Assembly (NCBI GenBank): GCA_030141605.1
Contig: JAQGDQ010000461.1
Coordinates: 62,001 to 126,000 of the forward strand
Direction: 5' to 3'
Origin: Tubiluchus corallicola
Taxonomy: Eukaryota; Animalia; Priapulida
Length of the DNA: 64,000 bases
Part shown: piece after piece, positions 37,701 to 50,641 of the stretch
Layout: every line of letters begins with the position of its first letter
Position numbering within the stretch: the stretch's first letter is position 1
Program-made: the position numbers and the translations under genes
The notes under the pieces: model-generated
What the model was told of the DNA's origin: nothing
Database searches by the model: none
The model's input: the letters and a program-made list of their open reading frames with translations, nothing else

Positions 37701-40700
37701 ATTCCATACAGGTTTGCTGTTTATACTATAATTTTTTTTATGTATTATGAAGTCCAAAGTATAGCTTTCATGGGTGGAGGGAGTAAGCTTTTCCATAATT
37801 GATTATTAAATTGTTAAACTTGTATTCAAAAATGAAAATCCCAAATCTGTGAAAACTCAATTTTCTGTCTAGTACTGAATTTTGCCTTAGTTTGAACTAG
37901 TAGTTTAACCATTATGGTTGGCCAGTAGGCTAAAACTTTCTGACCTAAATTGTGACAGATTATAATTCTTATATAATAAACTAACTTTGAAATTCCATGT
38001 ATTTTATAATTTCTGTTCACTTTGGACTATTTTCAGTATTATATTAGTTTTATACATAGTTTCTATTTTGTTGTTAATTAGTTCAACTAGTATTCAAGTC
38101 TTTCTGCCATTAAGCAAACCCTGGTAAAAAAACAGAAACTCACAGTTTGTACTTTTATCAGAATTTCTAGCTAATGTTAGCCTATAAAGTATAGCCCTTA
38201 AAATCCTGTTTACAGATTTTTCTTATTTTTACCATGCCGTAATGTGGTACATAACATCTTTGTTGGGGTTCAGGCCAGGATTAATTTCAAGGCTCTTCAC
38301 TACATTGAATATTTCATTTTGCTTCTGGCCATGATTAATTTCAAGGCTCTTCACTACATTTGAATATTTCATTTTGTTTCTTTTGTGATTATCAGTGAGC
38401 TGTGCGTGTGTGTGAGTATGTGTGTTGCGTGTGTTATTGCTTTTTATACTGCCCATTTTGGAACCAGAATAATGTTGGCATTATAGCGAGTTTGACATTA
38501 CAATGAGGTGTGCCATAGACGAATCACTAAACAGCCAAACAAATGTACACTGGTTAGAGTTCTCAATTTTCACTGTAACGGCTAATGAATTAAAAGAAAA
38601 TTGCTAGATTAATTATGTGAATCAATGAGTCACTCAAAATCAATCGTCTTTATTAAGAAGTTTTTATTTATGTAATGAAGTGTCTTGTACTCAACTATAT
38701 AATACACTGTTGGCCCACTGCTCCACGAAACATGTATATGTAAAAAAAGGTTAAGTCATAAACATAACTACGAATTTCTTCTGGGATTTGTTTGGAGAAT
38801 TGTTAAAATATGATCAAATACCTCGTTTCTTGTGGAACAAAAAAGCCACATGTTTTTTTGTCAGTTACCATTATGACTGCATGGCATATTGACAATAATA
38901 TATCATTATGATTGCACGCCGTACAGTACAACTTGCAAACAATCAAAACATGATAACATGCATTATTTTACACAATGCGTGAGGTCTGGTCTGTGTGAGC
39001 GATTCAGGGGAGTGTGTACAGCTGCCACATACAGTTAACATTATATCAACAAACTGCTGGTGCTAGCTGAGACTGCTGGCGGCATTTCTCATTGAACATA
39101 TATATTAATTTACCTGGCAGATGGCGGATTAATTTACCTGGCAGATGCGGGTAAGGGAAGGCGGTATAATGGGTTATTTTTATATACTGTTAAAATACAG
39201 CCTTATTGTTGTTGGCCATTTTGCAAACGGTAAATGAATCTGGCAGTATAACGGCATGACTGTGTATACCTGCATGAAATTTTTTTTTGTTGCATTAGCT
39301 ATTATTTTTGTTGCCCATGCACTTATTCACATATGCATTTTATTACTGCCTGCACAATTAAATTAGCACTGAGATGTAAAACTTTCTGAGTGATAAAGAA
39401 ATAGTTTCCTCTTATCCCAGCTAGTGTATGTGAAAATGAATCCTAATGGCGATGACCGACAACCATTGCAGCAATGTATTGTTGATTACAAAACTGTAAA
39501 GTTTAGTTTTTGTCTTCTGCAAAAACTTATTTAATTTTCAAAGTGTTTAGCTGATTTAGAAAAGCCATTTTGAGGTATAATTGAGTGCACACTTCTTCAT
39601 TCTTTGCAGGCTACTGATAGGGCTTGAATTTGCAGTATTAGTTTACTGGACAAAGTGGATGAACATCACAGATGGCAACTACCCGTATTATTACTACGTC
39701 ATCATTTTGCTTTGTTACGGACTGCACCAGGTATTGCATTTATATTGATTTTGTTCCAATGGATAATTTTTTTTGTTTGAAGTTATTTGAACTGGCTTCT
39801 ATGCAAGGACTCATATTTTTAGTATGAACTGATTTGATGTTGCAATCTTTGTCATTAATTTTATGAACTTATTGCTGTGACTAAAACTATTATGCAAATA
39901 TCAAAACATTTTGCTACTAAAAACTACTGTACTGCTTGTAAAAATTGGGTTCAAAATTTCTCATTTTTATTATCTAAACAAAAAAAAACAAATGTTAACA
40001 TCATGCACTAATTTTTGTTTCAGTATATTGACAAGTCTCTTTTAGATTTAGCTAGGAATCTAATTAGCAAGGATTAACAAAACAAATTTTGTAACAAATA
40101 ATGATCTTACTGTAATACGAATGCACAATTTTTTATTCACTGGCTAATATTTTGTATGCAAAATGTATGATTTCAAACGTCTGGGGGTTTTCAATTATAA
40201 TCGTGACAAACTAAAATACAAATTTTACTTAATGATTGTGCAGGTAATTAAAGTGTTATTTTGAAATTCGTCTGTTAATATCTCCATATTTCTATTTTTA
40301 CAGATTGCATTGTATACGATGTTTGTATCACACATGGCATTCAATGCCCAAATCAGTGATCCTACAATTGGTGGATCATACATGACTTTACTCAATACAC
40401 TTTCTAATCTGGGAGGAAACTGGCCTAGTACGTTAGCACTGTGGCTCGTAGATGGGTTCACCTGGACAAGATGCACTGGAGCTGAATCAACATCATGTTA
40501 CAAAGATACTGAGGTATGTAAAGTGTGTCATTTCTGTAAATGTTGCCCTTAGCTTTGTCTTTTTATTGGAACTTGTGCTTGTACTGCCTGCTTCAGTACA
40601 GCATCTGCATTGTCCAACATTAGACATTCGAACTAAGATATCAAATCAAAGATCTGAACAAACGATCACAAACCTGAAAGAGTAACGTCATCTACTATTA

Positions 40701-40719
40701 TATTAATATTCTTGGTATC

Positions 40720-40791
<72 letters not shown>

Positions 40792-43194
40792 ATTCGAGGC
40801 TACAGCTCCGACGAGGGCACCATTTGCGGCGATCTATACATCAAACGAAAGGTCTCGATCTAGTGTCGTGCCATTGATGGTTTATTTTTCGAATTGGGCC
40901 CACCGGGAGGAACGGGGGGCGAAAAAACCCCCAAAATAGCCCTTTTTCGGGCGTTTTTTGCAAAAAATTGCAAAAGTTATACGGCTGAGATGTAGAGAAC
41001 GGGAACGGGCCGAGGGGGGTGCTGGGTATGGATAGATAGCCCGTTCAGCGGTGGGTGTAGTAGGCATATTTAGAATTCCCGAGAGGGCCACGGCGTCCCG
41101 CAACGGGCGTTTTCCCGGACCCAACTCGCGATTTTTTCGAAATTTTGACCAAACAGCCTGCGGGAAAAACGTTCTAGCGGCGCCCGGTGGGATTCTCGGG
41201 AGGAGATTTATAGCTCTTTACAAAGAGGAAGGACAGGGCTACACGATGATGTGGGTTATATTTTAGTGCAGTTCCACCGAGAGGAGTACCGACGAGCTAA
41301 TTAGCTGTTCTATTTTCGGCGATTTTCGCTTAGAAAACTGTTGTGACGAATTCCATTGTGCTGACGTCATCCATTGTACTCTGCTGTAATCTTATAACTT
41401 TAATTCAGCAAAAAGCTGCCTGCTACGGGTTTGTGTTAGATAAACAGACATACAGTAGACAGGATGTTACGGGCTTTGTGTTATAAATGAGGACTGTGTA
41501 GGATGTTCGCGTGTTATTGATTATACGTGGTTTTTTACGCAAAATCTTTTGCGGGGCTTTGCTAGTTTGTATTATTTCAATACATTTTAACGTCATTTTC
41601 TGCTGTGTCAGGCTAGCTCAAAAGATTTCATCTACTTGTGCATATTTGTACAATGTACATAGTGTATACAGTAGCCACCGTTTATTAGACTCATGGTCAG
41701 TAGAATCAGTCGCCTATTTGACTGAGAAAAGTCTCTATAAAAACCATCGGCAATTGACTCACATAACTCTGCATAATTGACTTACTTTTTTTGCTTCATG
41801 TGTTTAAATGATAAACAAGTTTTTTTGTGACGAAGAACTTTTATTGCCATTTTTATGTTGTCTTACTTCACTGTGTGCACTATAATGTACGTAGAAACAG
41901 TCATGTCAAGTACCGTTTTGTTTGTAAGCATGTACGTTTGTCATGAGCTAATATGCTAGCGCGGCGGTTTTGCTTATAATCTGTCGCCCACTCGTTTGCT
42001 GCAATTAACCTTGATGTTTCTGGAAGCTAAACATTTAATCACTTGCCTAGCAGTTTGCTTTTGAAACCTTTGATACTTTTCACATGGAAAGCACCAAATG
42101 CTTTTCACAGGGGAAGCACTGGCATCACCAACTGCAGCTCCATCAAGCACCAGGTGTTTTGTGTGAATATGCGCAGCATATACCAACAGATTTTCAATGT
42201 TTTTATCAGTACGAGAACCTTATAACCAACTTTTCATGAAGAAATGAAACAACCGGTCTTTGCAATTTGTAGTGTAACCAAAAAGAGTTTTGTGAGATTT
42301 TTTTTTTTATTAATTCACTTACATAAATTAGTATACTTAAATAATTGCACATAAGAATTTAGGCATTAATTCTTTTCTAAAATTCATATGAAGCCTTTGC
42401 AAAGCATGCTAAGCTGGTAAGTGATGACTCATATTTCTATACAAGTAATGCTACACTGGTTGGCTAATAGATTCAGTCAGTTAATTGAGTCAAAACGCTT
42501 TCATCCTAAAGTGAGTCTACTAAGCAGCGCCTACTGTATTTTTAAAACTCATCCAAGAGATGTGCCTAAAACCAGAGTAATCAAAACAACACCATGCCTT
42601 TGAGACTAAGACCAAAACTTTTATACAAGACAATGCCTAGCAAGAGGAAGACCTTTAAACTGCACATTTTGAGACCAAGACAGGAAATTCTTTTTTCTTA
42701 TGAAGAAGCTTTGGATATGATTTAAGTGCATTTTTAAGAACCACAGAGTTAACTGTCAGGCATGCGCAGAGAGAGATTTTTAGCCTACATGTCAAACAAT
42801 ACTTCAAAACTGAGCTGCTCAAGAGCTATTTTTGCAGTTTTTGTATTGTACAATGTTGCACCCATTGTTTGTCACATAACATACCTTAGGATTTGTAATT
42901 TTATGATTTAAAATATCTTTGCCTAAATTGTGTATTCAGTTTTTCACTTATCTTATTAAAATTAGCTGCACTTTGCCTAGGGAGGAATATCAATTGACAA
43001 GAGGAATTTACTGTAAATTTGCTTTTATCATGCAGGCATGTACAGATGCAGGAGGAGTGTGCCAAGTTGCTGTAGATGGGTATTATGTAGAGTCCATTAT
43101 TTGTTTCCTTATTGGGATTGCGTGGTGGAATTGGAGAAAAAAATCAGTCAGACATCTACAAAATTTGGATAGAAGTTCCTGGAAGGTTACATAA
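34755..43194 (+). CDS. SLC33A1: Acetyl-coenzyme A transporter 1 (AT-1, MFS), about 526 aa, 8 coding exons
   Basis: Exons 34755-35196, 35560-35677, 35856-36010, 36632-36822, 37527-37711, 39610-39730, 40304-40513 and 43036-43194 are GT-AG and phase-compatible (1581 nt). Motifs: LLYVLQGIPLGL, WPFSVKLLWAPIVD, ATQDIAVDGWALTML, YASTCNSVGQTAG, DPTIGGSYMTLLNTLSNLGGNWP, DGYYVES. Confidence 0.96.
37257..37408. repeat. About 150-bp imperfect palindrome (MITE-like)
   Basis: TTGAGCGTAGATGA / TCATCTACGCTCAA and AGTCATTGTCA / TGACAATGACT inverted pairs. Confidence 0.75.
38269..38380. repeat. Tandem duplication, 54-bp unit x2
   Basis: GATTAATTTCAAGGCTCTTCACTACATT(T)GAATATTTCATTTTG occurs twice. Confidence 0.85.
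40718..41565 (+). mobile_element. Non-autonomous Helitron in SLC33A1 intron 7
   Basis: 5' A|TC followed by a (TA)n tract; 3' hairpin CGCAAAA-TC-TTTTGCG (41538-41553) then CTAG|T; no TSD. An alternative 5' TC start lies at 40691. Confidence 0.75.
41669..42536. mobile_element. Tigger/pogo-like MITE, family A copy 2 (opposite orientation)
   Basis: TA-CAGTAGCCACCGTTTATTAGACTCA ... TGAGTCTACTAAGCAGCGCCTACTG-TA; aligns by eye to the reverse complement of 21780-21919. Confidence 0.8.
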
Positions 43195-43440
43195 AGAAAA
43201 AAGTAGTTTAACTTAACTGTTCACTTTCTTATTTATTTTCGTTGTATGCCTTTTACAAATTTAAGGGTGTTAATTACTGTTTATTAAATATTTTGTGTTG
43301 GGCTAAATTGGTTTTTATTTTTTTATATGTATAGTTATATATAAATGAAGTTATGAAGACAATAAGGATCTCTAAACTAAGATGTGAAATCTTGTACATG
43401 TTTTCAATGTTAAGTATGCACTTTGAAGAGTCTGTGAGCC

Positions 43441-43446
43441 AATAAA
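43441..43446 (+). promoter_or_regulatory. Candidate polyadenylation signal of SLC33A1
   Basis: AATAAA about 250 nt after the stop, followed by T/GT-rich sequence. Confidence 0.4.
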
Positions 43447-44341
43447 AGTATTTTTGTAGATTGTCTGTAATTTCGTACTAAGTTCAAGCTGCATGGAATT
43501 TCAGTGACTTCTCGTTTATTTTTATAATTACTTTTAACAGTATCTTTAAATCTATACAAAGCTTGTCTATATCATCACATATGTTATTTAAGTAACCTGA
43601 TGTCACTTTTTTGTAAGATTTATTGACGTCTGAAAAATAAATGTAAATGTTAATGTAATGTGCTTATGAATTTTTTCTACAAAAGTGTTAAAATTTTTAC
43701 CTTAGTGTTAAATTATGCACAAACACATAGCAACCTACTGCTTTTCTGTAATTTGAATATTTAAAGATGATAGGTTTGCTGCCTTGCTTGGCCAAATCCA
43801 GGAAAGTTATTTATAAAAAGCTGGTGAAAGAGCTAGACCAAAACTGACTACAGATCAAGCGATGTGTCCTAACACATGTCAAACTAAAAACAGCCTTGCC
43901 TATTGTGGAATGCCGATTAACAGATATACGTAACTGCAAACGAAAATTACATGGAAACAGAAATTGCAATAATTGTTTCCAGTGTACATTAATTATTAGT
44001 GCAGAAATGACAGTACATTTCTTGAAAACTCGATAAAAAACCGAAATGTTTAATGGCGTTATCATTTTCTTGTTACATTTTGTTACCTGTTTGTTATGTT
44101 TTCTTTCTCAGTAATTAATAGTTGAAAAGGGAGGCTTTAATTATATATGTGACGTTTTATCAACCCTAGATTAGTGGAGATGCACTTTTTCAAAACATTT
44201 TCAAACCCACTTATAGAGCCCCAAACGATAAAATACATCTGAGAATCAGAGGAAATTAAATACACGAGTTATTTTCCTGCTGGTATTTTGATTTTGCTGC
44301 ATTGCATTTTAAGTTCATCACTGAGATCATAATGTATGCAC

Positions 44342-44669
44342 CACAAACTAATAAACTAACCAGTTTATAAACATAATCAATCATTACCCTAACAGCTAAT
44401 TAATTGAAAGACGATGGTTCTGAAAGATTGTGGATCAATCAGGATTTGAACCCAGAACCTCCTACTTGCATGGCATATGCACTACTACTGAGAATTCAGG
44501 TCAGCTTTGCCAGTTTGGGACAATAGCTTAGATGTCAGCAGGAGGTTCTGGGTTTGAATCCAGGTTAGTCCACAATTTTTCAGTGCAGTCTTCTTTCAGT
44601 TAATTAGCCATTAGATTAATTATTTATTATGTTTGATAAGCCGACTGATTAAAATACTAGTTTACTGTG
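44342..44669. repeat. Fold-back element with inverted tRNA-like (B-box-like) arms
   Basis: Left arm GCTAATTAATTGAAAG...TTGTGGA...GGATTTGAACCCAGAACCTCCT mirrors right arm AGGAGGTTCTGGGTTTGAATCC...TCCACAA...CTTTCAGTTAATTAGC. Confidence 0.75.
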
Positions 44670-45177
44670 CATATCTTATGATTTTAGTGAAGTTTAAGCT
44701 TGCTCCTGCCCTCCGCATGGCAATAACTGCTACTTGTGCAAAAAGTACAAACATTTCCAATAACAACTTTTTACTTGTAGATAACAAACTGCTATGAATG
44801 CCTTAACATTAAAATTCAGAATTTTTTCTAACCTTGAAATTTATTGTGTAGTTGCAACAGTACCAGCAAGAGAGTAAAAACTATCCAGTTTTCTATAGCC
44901 ATTGGCAACATTTCTACTTGCACTTCAAATACAATTAAATGCCTGTGATGCCTTAGGCTATCAGATGCTTTTGCTTCAGCACTGGTACTTGAGCTACATC
45001 CTGGGAGATGCACTATAGTCATGTAAAATTTAAACCTGTAACAATATAAGTATGCCAAAACATCCAACTACACACAATGACAATGATAAATACTAAAATA
45101 GTATATAAAAGCCCAATTTGTACAAGCTTACTATAATAACTGATTGTATTTTGCAGAATAGTTCTGTCATGATATAT

Positions 45178-45652
45178 GGATATAAAAACAATAAAATAGC
45201 ACCAAATCAATCTATAAATATCAATACATGGCAAAAAAAGAAATACCATGTGAAAGAAAGCTGTAATAATAAAAAAATAGAAATAGCCAATAGGCTAAAG
45301 CGATGAACAATTTATTATAATTGTTAGCAATTCCATAACAATTTATAGTTGATGAACAAATGTAAAAAGCACAATCGATTAATTTATGAGATGTTCTGAC
45401 ACACGATTGAAATAGTTGTCTTGATATCTGGATATAAAATGTACCTGATCAATCTATAAATACATGGCAAAAAAGAAATACCCATGTGCAAGAATTCAGT
45501 AATAATAAAAAACACAAAAAATAGCATTGGTCTAGAGCGATGAACAGTTTATTATAATTGATAGCAATTCCATTATAACAATTTAAAGTTGTAGAGCAAA
45601 TGTAAAAAGCACAATTGATTAATCTATGAGACATTATGTTCTGACACGATTG
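45178..45652. repeat. Diverged tandem duplication, unit about 250 bp
   Basis: 45178-45408 and 45430-45652 share ATCAATCTATAAATA, CATGGCAAAAAA, GCGATGAACA, AAATGTAAAAAGCACAAT, TGTTCTGACAC. Confidence 0.85.
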
Positions 45653-47235
45653 TACAAAGGGAAAACAAAACTTTGAACAAGCAGTATTTCTGAGATGGCA
45701 AAAAATTCCCCGAAAAGCAGGTATTAGTAATCTGTGTTATACTGCTGTAGTTGTTATTTACATTTACCCATAAAAAGCCAACGTTTGCCGACGTAGTAGG
45801 CTTTTGTTGTCTGTTGAACTGAAAATCATCTTTAAATAAAGTCTGTTTTATTCGTGTGGTGCCTATTATCATCATGATAATACATGTAGCACAATAATAA
45901 GACTTTCATGATCATTTCGTCTTATCTACAGACAATTATATTATCAGTAAGTCATTCACACTTCGAAATAAATTCTTTAGTTTACGTGCTCGCTCTTATG
46001 CTTGTAGTAGGACATCAGTTTTGGAGTTTATTTGCGTAACATAATAGCGGAGCTGACCTGCAAGTGATAAGATGCCACAGATCAGTCAATATACTAATTA
46101 CTTTGCAAATATTTCTTCACACATTCGCTGCAGTAAAACAAAGTCTTGTCTTGTAGCTGAAATCAGATTTAGGGCAATGGTAAATTGTTGGAAGCAATTT
46201 GTCGAGGCAGTTTAGACAAGTGTTTAAATATTTTGTATTACAAATACAATTTGAACAAAAACAACTTCTAACATATTTGTTACGCTAAATAGCTATTTTA
46301 AGTACCACAATCAGGTATAATGGTGCATGGTATTAAGCTACCATTAAGTTAATTCATGGACAAAATGTTACCAAAATTACAATATGACATATATAACCAC
46401 AATTTTTGTTTTGTAGAGCAGTAAAATTGCTTAAATAAATCGGATTTGAACAAAGGTTATTTTATTACTGTGCCTAACATTCCACATTGTAATATATGTT
46501 GCATTAGTAATAGGACTTTTCAGATAATTTTTCTTATCTGCAGACGTTATTTTCAATGTTACCTGTACAATATCATTTCATTAACTACCAAAAGCTACAC
46601 ATTTTTCATCTATTAATTTTCAGATTATTATACAAATTATTTTTAATATGGTTTGAATGTATGTAGAGTGTTCCACTACTACAAAATATATCAATGGTAT
46701 GACATTTGAATGTAACTACACACAAGGTGTGATATACGATACTGTATCTCATATACTTAATGCATGTACTAGCTAGCTACGTGCACAATAAAATTTTGTG
46801 TGCAAAACAATTTATACTTAATTTATTGTCTAAAACTATAACATGGTTGAATGGCAGCAACAAATATAATAATTTTAATATTCCTTTGCACATTAAATAG
46901 AAACAAATACATTAGAAACATTGGACATGACTCTATTAATGCAAGTTTACAACTAGCAAATATTATGTGACTAGTTACTACATAAAATTATCTAAAAATG
47001 CAGAACAGACTAACATTTATTACATAAACATCTTTGCTCTACAATTTCCAACTTTCAATGGTTATAAATACATTGTGTTCATAACTACTTATAAGAGAAA
47101 TAACATAAATAGCCTAAAAAAAATTTCAACTGGAATTTGAAGCCATCTACTGCCGCTCTTCTACATTTCAAACAAGCATCTAAATATCGCATTTTCGGAT
47201 GGCAGTGTAATAGTCTAGAACAGCATTATAATTTT

Positions 47236-50200
47236 TTAAGCTTTCTTTACTACATTTAATGAGTCTTCAAGTAATTGCACAAATTTGTGCACATCTGAAA
47301 AGTTATTATATAGCACAACTGGAGCCACACGCAAGACATTAGGTTCTCGTTCATCACAGACAACTGCTCTCTTTTCCAGTTCTCGTTTCACTTCTTTAAT
47401 TGGGACAGAGAACATAACAGACAGCTGAGCACCACGTTGTGAAGGATCACTAGGTGTTATGATCTTTATATAGGTGTTGCCTTCCTTTGGCGGTGGATAT
47501 GGAAAATGGAATTTCAGCAGCAACTCTAAATAAGCTGTTAGGAGGAGAGACTTAGATCGAATTGCTTCCATATTAGTCTGTTTAAAAACTTTCAGACTTG
47601 CAAGTAAGCAAGCACACATCACTCCCGAGGGATTACTAACTCGGTATCCATTGGGGCCAGAAGACAATTCCATCTTATTCGTCATTTCAAAACGAGTCTT
47701 GTGCTTGTGTCCCCACCAGCCTAGCAACTTAGGGTAGCTGTTGTTGCAGTGTTTTTCATGAATGAACAAGCCAGCAATATTTCCCGCACCACTGTTAAGA
47801 TATTTGTATGTGCACCATGCAGCAAAGTCTACTCCCCAATCATGCAAGTGTAGAGGAATATTACCCACTGCATGTGCGAGATCCCATCCCACAATGCAAC
47901 TCTTTTTGTGGCCAGCTTGTGTAATGGTCTGGATGTCAAACAACTGCCCGGTGTAGTACTGAACACCGCTGAAAAAGATTAAAGCAATGCGGTCGCCCTC
48001 TTTCTCAATTAAAGAAATGATATCTTCTGTGCGTAGATTATCTTCTCCACTTCTTGGCTGCATGCAGATCATTGCATCTGCAGGGTCATACCCATGAAAC
48101 CTTAACTGAGATTCTACAATATAATGATCAGAAGGAAAAGCCTTCGACTCCAGTAAAATTTTAAATCTACTTGGAGAGGGCCGGTAAAATGATACAAAGA
48201 GAAAATGAATGTTTACGCTGAGACCATTCATGATTCCAATTTCATCAGGTTTTGCTCCCACAAGAGGTGCCATCAGGGGTATGAGGTATTCATCACAGTG
48301 TGCCCATGGTAGATCACCATCTTTGTGCATTTCATGTTCATGGCCATGGACTCCCCATTTACTCCACTTATCCAACTCTTTCTCCACACATTCACGTACA
48401 AGCTTAGGTTCCAAACCTAGTGAATTCCCACAAAAATACACCGAGTCATCTTCAGGAGAAATCAAATGTGGGTCTGTAAAAGGCAAATCCTTCATTTTGG
48501 GATAATGAAATTCTTGGCGAAAATGACGTAATGGATCTTCGTTGTCCATTGTTTTTGCGAACGACATTTCCATAATGTCTAACCCATAATGCTTAGCTTT
48601 TTGATGCAAAAGGTCTGCAACAAAACAAAGATTATATCTGATTTGGAGTAATCACCAGGCAAGCTTGTTAATATGAAATTTAACGTACAAACCCTGAATG
48701 TTAATACATTCAGCACACTCAAAAGTTACTCTGTATTTGGTGAGTGCTAATTAATATAGCTGGTCTTTAGTCTGTTGGAAGAACGAATCTGAATGCAAGA
48801 TGCTGCAAGCACGTTTGCTTCTTTTTTCGCACATACTTTCTGATACTGCCAAAGGCAGAATGCAGATTCTCCAATAACCAATGCATTGACTGCTATTAGA
48901 AAAAAGTTACAAAGCCGACCATGCAAAAATAATGAACTTCAATAAAAAGAAAAACCTACAAACAAGATAAATAGACAATAAAATGACCGAAATTCTTTGT
49001 CTGGAACAGTTTTAAAGGCCTAAGGATTTTGATCAGCCAGGCCAATACGAAGATCACAGTTCAAGAAATTCAGCCAGTAAAAACGGCACTTTGTGGATCC
49101 TCGTAAATTGTGCAAATGACAGTAATAAATATTAACTTTTTTGCTGCAACAGAAAAAGTAATACAGTCAAATCTCTCTATACCACTACTCTGGGCTGCAA
49201 AAAAGGTTTGTGTTATTACAAGGTTGGCATTAGTTGGTAAATTAATAAACTTGTCTATGCAAATATAGAAAATTTGTTTTGCTAAAAATGAGGCATTAAA
49301 GCGGGGTTGGTATTATAAAAGGGAGTGTCACAACAAGGTTTGAAATTTAATGAAATTCTCATACAATTAGGTCATCATGGGCATTTTTGCACAGGGATGT
49401 CAAAACTACAAATGATTTTTGCACAGGGATGCCGGTGGCTGCTATGAAATTCAGGTCTTTATTTGTTGCCGGATCATAATTTTACACAATAATTCAGATA
49501 ATATCTGTGGTCCATATATTATTATGGTTAGAAATGCAATACTTACCACATGTTAAGAAAAATAATGTTATTATAATTCTTTAACAAAATTTTCACAATG
49601 GTAAAATAATGAAATTAAGGGCTGACCACTAATTTAACCTGTCATTGCCACACAAAATGTAAATGAACGAAAAGATCTTAGTACTATTATAGAGCTCCGT
49701 ACATGATCCAATTTAAAACCCTCTAAACACACTGAAATAATTGTAACAAAGTTCATCAAAAAATAGGCTAAATTAGTAGATGTATATGTAACAAATCACT
49801 CATAACGATTGAACTATTGTATGAAGTTTTTGTGAGGCCGATTCTAGAAACTAATAGCCCAGTTTGGTTACAATGGATGAATAAAGATACAAAAGCTCTT
49901 GATGGCATACAAAGAAGATGTGAAAAATTAGGTGGTGATAATACCAGGCTTGAATCATTGTTGTTAAAAAAGCACGTTCATGGTGATCTGAGAGGAACAT
50001 TTTAAATACATCAATACTTCACTCTAAATAATCGCGTTACTAGAGGTTATTAACTTTAGTTCTTTAAACTGCATACACGTACAGATATAATTAGATTCAA
50101 TTTAGATTTTATTTGTCTCATACAGCAAACATGTAACACAATGCTAGTACTTATTAATAATAAAAAAGAGAGACTGCGTGGAGAAAGACAGTACAGTTAC

Positions 50201-50641
50201 TGAGTATCCACCCCTCACTCAAAATACAATTACAATAGTTTTAGTCAGTGGCATTAGTATGCAGCTTGCTGTAACAGAATCTCTAAATATTGTACAACAA
50301 ATAAAAAAACTAACTATGTAATATATCAGTGATGCATAACACTAGGCTATACATATGTAGAAAACAATTTCTTTGCACACGAAGTGATATCATTTTGGAA
50401 CAACCTTAATGAAAGTGTAATTAGTACTAAAACAATTTGGGTAGTTTTAAAAAACTAATGATCACTGACGATCAGGAACACCACCAGATATCAATATTCA
50501 CTTCAAGTCAAGCATGACGACCTGCTGCTACACAATGTACACTAACTATACTCAGCTACTCATCACAGTCAATAGCAGAGTACTTAGTAAGAGAATACCG
50601 TACCTACCTACTGGTTGACACGTTTGATCGGTATTTTGCAT
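47236..50641 (-). CDS. KYNU: Kynureninase (PLP-dependent), about 470 aa, 2 coding exons
   Basis: Exon 50641-50608 (MQNTDQTCQPV, G|GTAGGT) joins phase 1 to exon 48614-47236. Motifs: YFCGNSLGL, KAFPSDHY, GVQYYTGQ, GWDLAHAVGN, WCTYKYLN (PLP lysine), GWWGH, RGAQLS. Confidence 0.96.
49800..50460 (+). mobile_element. Decayed CR1-type LINE 3' fragment inside the KYNU intron
   Basis: YEVFVRPILETNSPVW...LDGIQRR, TRG, and later VISFWNNL; interrupted by another repeat tail at about 50090-50340. Confidence 0.6.

Noticed and set aside
44440-44570. Possible tRNA genes
   Set aside because: B-box-like motifs are present, but I could not fold a full cloverleaf; reported as a tRNA-derived repeat instead.
47236-48614. 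Horizontal transfer of KYNU from bacteria to explain the lack of introns
   Set aside because: The protein looks eukaryote-type (N-terminal extension, GVQYYTGQ, GWWGH) and has a spliced first exon.
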